Of a DNA stretch of 64,000 nucleotides, positions 61,591-64,000 are shown one piece after another. Origin of the DNA: Candidatus Bathyarchaeota archaeon (lineage in GTDB: Archaea; Thermoproteota; Bathyarchaeia; Bathyarchaeales; Bathycorpusculaceae); NCBI GenBank assembly GCA_963772455.1, contig CAVYXJ010000005.1, positions 32,001 through 96,000 on the forward strand, given 5' to 3'. Every line of letters starts with the position of its first letter. Position 1 is the stretch's first letter. The translations under genes were made by a program, and so were the position numbers. The notes below the pieces were generated by a model. That model did no database searches. It was not told the DNA's origin and saw only the letters and a program-made list of their open reading frames with translations.

Positions 61591-62142
61591 TTGAGCACTA
61601 AAGTTGAAACAATCGAAGAAAGAAAAGCAGAAGTTCTAATTAAATTAAGAAAATACAAGCTTGTTGAAAAAGAAAAGTTTGAAGGCGCATACGCTTACAT
61701 CATTGATATTCCGCAAGACAAGGAAAGAGCAATAGTCTGGTGCATCTTAGGCGAAGCCACAGTCGGAATCGCAGCTATGAATACTCTCTACAAAATAATG
61801 AAGGAAAAAGACCTTGATCGAGCTATCGTAGTCACCGAAGGACGATACACTCACGCAGTTAAACTAGGAGCAAAAAAGAAAAAGGTAGAGTTATTACCCA
61901 AATCTTTCCCAGTATTCGACATATTTGAGCACGCATTAGTTCCTTTCCATGAAATCCTTACAGAAAAAGAAAAGAACCAGTTGCTCGCACAATTCAAAGT
62001 TAAACCATACCAGATGCCGCAAGTCAAATCAGGCGATCCAGCGGTTAAGGCAATAGGTGCAAAACCAGGGGATATACTAAAAATTACCCGAAAAAGTGTA
62101 ACTGCCGGCGAACACATAACATACAGATATGTTGTAGAATAA
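61591..62142 (+). CDS. rpoH: DNA-directed RNA polymerase subunit Rpo5/H with an extra N-terminal RPB5-like domain
   Basis: C-terminal H.LVP.HEIL, DPAVKAIGAKPGDILKITRKS.TAG....YRYVV; about 105 extra N-terminal residues; probable TTG start at 61591 after GAGGT. Confidence 0.92.
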   Translation: MSTKVETIEERKAEVLIKLRKYKLVEKEKFEGAYAYIIDIPQDKERAIVWCILGEATVGIAAMNTLYKIMKEKDLDRAIVVTEGRYTHAVKLGAKKKKVELLPKSFPVFDIFEHALVPFHEILTEKEKNQLLAQFKVKPYQMPQVKSGDPAVKAIGAKPGDILKITRKSVTAGEHITYRYVVE

Positions 62143-62153
62143 AATAAAAAAAA

Positions 62154-62711
62154 TTATTTTGCAATCATAATTTCTGTAGATTTCACGATTGCAGTTACTT
62201 CGTCACCCACTTTTAAATCCAATTCATCAACTGCCTCTTTTGTAATTACTGCGGTGACTGTTACGGGCATTTTTATTTCAACTTTAACCTTAGCTGTTAT
62301 AACGCCTTTTTCAACAGCAAGAACTTTTCCTTTAAATTGATTGCGTGCACTTAACTTCAAATTTTTCACCTCCAAACAACGTGGATTAGATAAAACTTTA
62401 TCTAAGTAAATCTCCGCTTGCTTATATTCACCAAGCAAACTTTTACCTAAATCAGTTAGCTTAGCACCGCCTCCACCTGATTTTCCGCCCTTATACGTTT
62501 CAACTATATTTTCTTCCATGGCTTTCTGGATTTCTTGAATATAATTCCAAACGTACCGATAAGACATCCCAAGTTTTTCTGCAGCTTTAGAAATCGAGTT
62601 TTCTGTATTGATGCTTTCAAGAATTTCAGCTCCGCCTTTGCCTATTAGAGGTTTTCCTTTGTATTCAATCCAGGCTTTGCAGGAGAGCGTGTGCTTTTTG
62701 TTGCTAAGCAT
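62154..62711 (-). CDS. modE: ModE-like regulator (wHTH plus TOBE)
   Basis: SISKAA..LGMSYR..W, GG..GGGA.LT, SARNQ.KG, TA.IT..AV.L.L..GD.V.A.VKST. Confidence 0.88.
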   Translation of the reverse strand: MLSNKKHTLSCKAWIEYKGKPLIGKGGAEILESINTENSISKAAEKLGMSYRYVWNYIQEIQKAMEENIVETYKGGKSGGGGAKLTDLGKSLLGEYKQAEIYLDKVLSNPRCLEVKNLKLSARNQFKGKVLAVEKGVITAKVKVEIKMPVTVTAVITKEAVDELDLKVGDEVTAIVKSTEIMIAK

Positions 62712-62768
62712 TCTGATAGGTTATTATCTAAAGCAGATATAAATCTAATTACCACCGAAACAAACATT

Positions 62769-62987
62769 TTAGACCTTGTGGTCTTGCATTAACTCATTCA
62801 GTATTACGAATGCTTCGCCAAGAGGCATTCCCAACAGCTCGGAAAGCTCAATTGCTGAAATATCGGCTTTTTGTGGAAGTATGCAGTCGCGGGTATAAGC
62901 CTTATGAGTTGGATACATAACGGAAGCGTGGACTGCTTCAACAAGTAACTGCAAGAGTTTTTCTTTAGAATAATCTTCCAAATTCAA
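62769..62987 (-). CDS. Hypothetical small protein, possible HTH
   Basis: 72 aa; ISAIELSELLGMP; GGTGA RBS. Confidence 0.6.
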   Translation of the reverse strand: MNLEDYSKEKLLQLLVEAVHASVMYPTHKAYTRDCILPQKADISAIELSELLGMPLGEAFVILNELMQDHKV

Positions 62988-63201
62988 TAGACATCACCAT
63001 TGGATACACCTTTAGGGGTTATTAGTCTACCGCCAAATTCGCCATCTACTAATTATTCAGTTATGAACATGTAGCCTTAATAAAATACAATCGTGTTTTT
63101 CATTAGACACGGGCATTTTATCCATCGCAGATCAAACAGGGAGGCTACAACAAACTTAATACCCGTCAGAGGCTTTCTAAATTATTAGAGGTTGACTCTT
63201 T

Positions 63202-64000
63202 TTGAAGGCTGCCATTTATCATGGACCACATAACATCAAAATCGAAGACGTACCTGAACCCGAAGTTAAAGGCAGAAAGGTGTTGGTGAATTTTAAGGCT
63301 GGAAGCATCTGTGGAACCGACATGCACTTTTACAGGGGCGAATGGGCATTAAAGAGAGGTAGAATCCTTGGACATGACGCTTGCGGAGTAAAAGCGGATA
63401 CCGGCGAACGAGTCGTTATGGTTCCAATTGTGAATTGCGGACACTGCCACTTCTGTCTTCGAGGTTTCCCAAGTCTGTGTGTTCGAGCTAAACTCTATGG
63501 TTTGACAAGAGATGGATTTTTCGTTGAATCCAAAGCCATGCTCCCTCGAAGCCTTATTCCAATCCCCTCCAATGTCAGCGATGAAGAAGCAGCTATTGTT
63601 GAGCCAGTTGCTTTGGCAGTCCGAGTAATAAATAATTTTAAACCAAATTTAGGTGATTGGGTAACCGTGGTTGGGCAGGGACCAATAGGTTTGCTAATGA
63701 CTCAGGTTGCGCTGCTTAAAGGCTGCAGAGTTATAGCAGTGGATTTAGAAGATTACAGACTTGAATTCTCGGAAAAATACGGTGCCGACGCGATCATAAA
63801 TCCCAAAAAAGAAGATATGATAAAAGCAGTCCGTAAATTAACCAAAATAGGTTCTGACTTTGTGATTGAAGCTGCAGGAACTACGCACACAGTTGAACAA
63901 ACGCCGTTTTTGGTGCGGAAAGCAGGCAAAGTTGCGTTAGTAGGAGAGTCTGATGGTTATTTGAATTTAGGAGAAGCCGACGAAGCTAACTTTTTTACAA
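63202..64000 (+). CDS. Zinc-dependent alcohol dehydrogenase (MDR family), partial at the right edge
   Basis: Hand translation MKAAIYHGP...SICGTDMH...LGHDACG, CGHCHFC...C, GQGPIG; absent from the ORF track because there is no stop in the window. Confidence 0.9.
   Translation, partial: MKAAIYHGPHNIKIEDVPEPEVKGRKVLVNFKAGSICGTDMHFYRGEWALKRGRILGHDACGVKADTGERVVMVPIVNCGHCHFCLRGFPSLCVRAKLYGLTRDGFFVESKAMLPRSLIPIPSNVSDEEAAIVEPVALAVRVINNFKPNLGDWVTVVGQGPIGLLMTQVALLKGCRVIAVDLEDYRLEFSEKYGADAIINPKKEDMIKAVRKLTKIGSDFVIEAAGTTHTVEQTPFLVRKAGKVALVGESDGYLNLGEADEANFFT

Noticed and set aside
4187-62117. Many 60-135 aa ORFs antisense to or nested in well-supported genes (e.g. 4187-4438, 5983-6303, 25048-25320, 35107-35448, 51926-52333, 61851-62117)
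   Set aside because: Shadow ORFs with no motifs or RBS, fully explained by the real gene they overlap
1-64000. CRISPR array, transposase, integrase or rRNA
   Set aside because: No regularly spaced repeats, no recombinase or transposase motifs and no rRNA-like tract seen by eye

Overview
AT-rich archaeal chromosomal segment. Archaeal-type TyrRS, Alba, Rpo5, an aRF1-family protein, TATA-like promoters and frequent TTG/GTG starts point to Archaea. The gene repertoire resembles Bathyarchaeia, which is an inference and was not tested. It carries about 60 genes: two NMT1/SsuA-like binding proteins upstream of a probable sensor kinase, a degenerate aRF1 paralog, an SGNH/AT3/GT-C glycan-modification trio, two CorA-like channels, tyrS, alba, an HTH regulator with hcp, a polar amino-acid ABC system, two amtB genes, a four-gene pyruvyl-transferase / reductase-ligase fusion / V4R-like / GMC operon, tRNA-Ser(GCT), 2-oxoacid:ferredoxin oxidoreductase, nrdR-nrdD-nrdG and a long RPB5-like rpoH. 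About ten genes are split by single-base indels, most likely assembly errors. No CRISPR array, transposase or rRNA was seen. Best leads: (1) two unannotated, strongly base-paired RNA candidates beside alba (19959-20179 plus strand; about 20600-20795 minus strand); (2) the translationally coupled operon with an ElbD-like reductase-adenylation fusion (38324-44265); (3) an aRF1 paralog lacking all stop-codon-reading motifs and carrying GGSSQ instead of GGQ; (4) an Rpo5 with a eukaryote-like N-terminal domain. All calls come from manual motif reading and hand base-pairing; no searches or folding programs were run.
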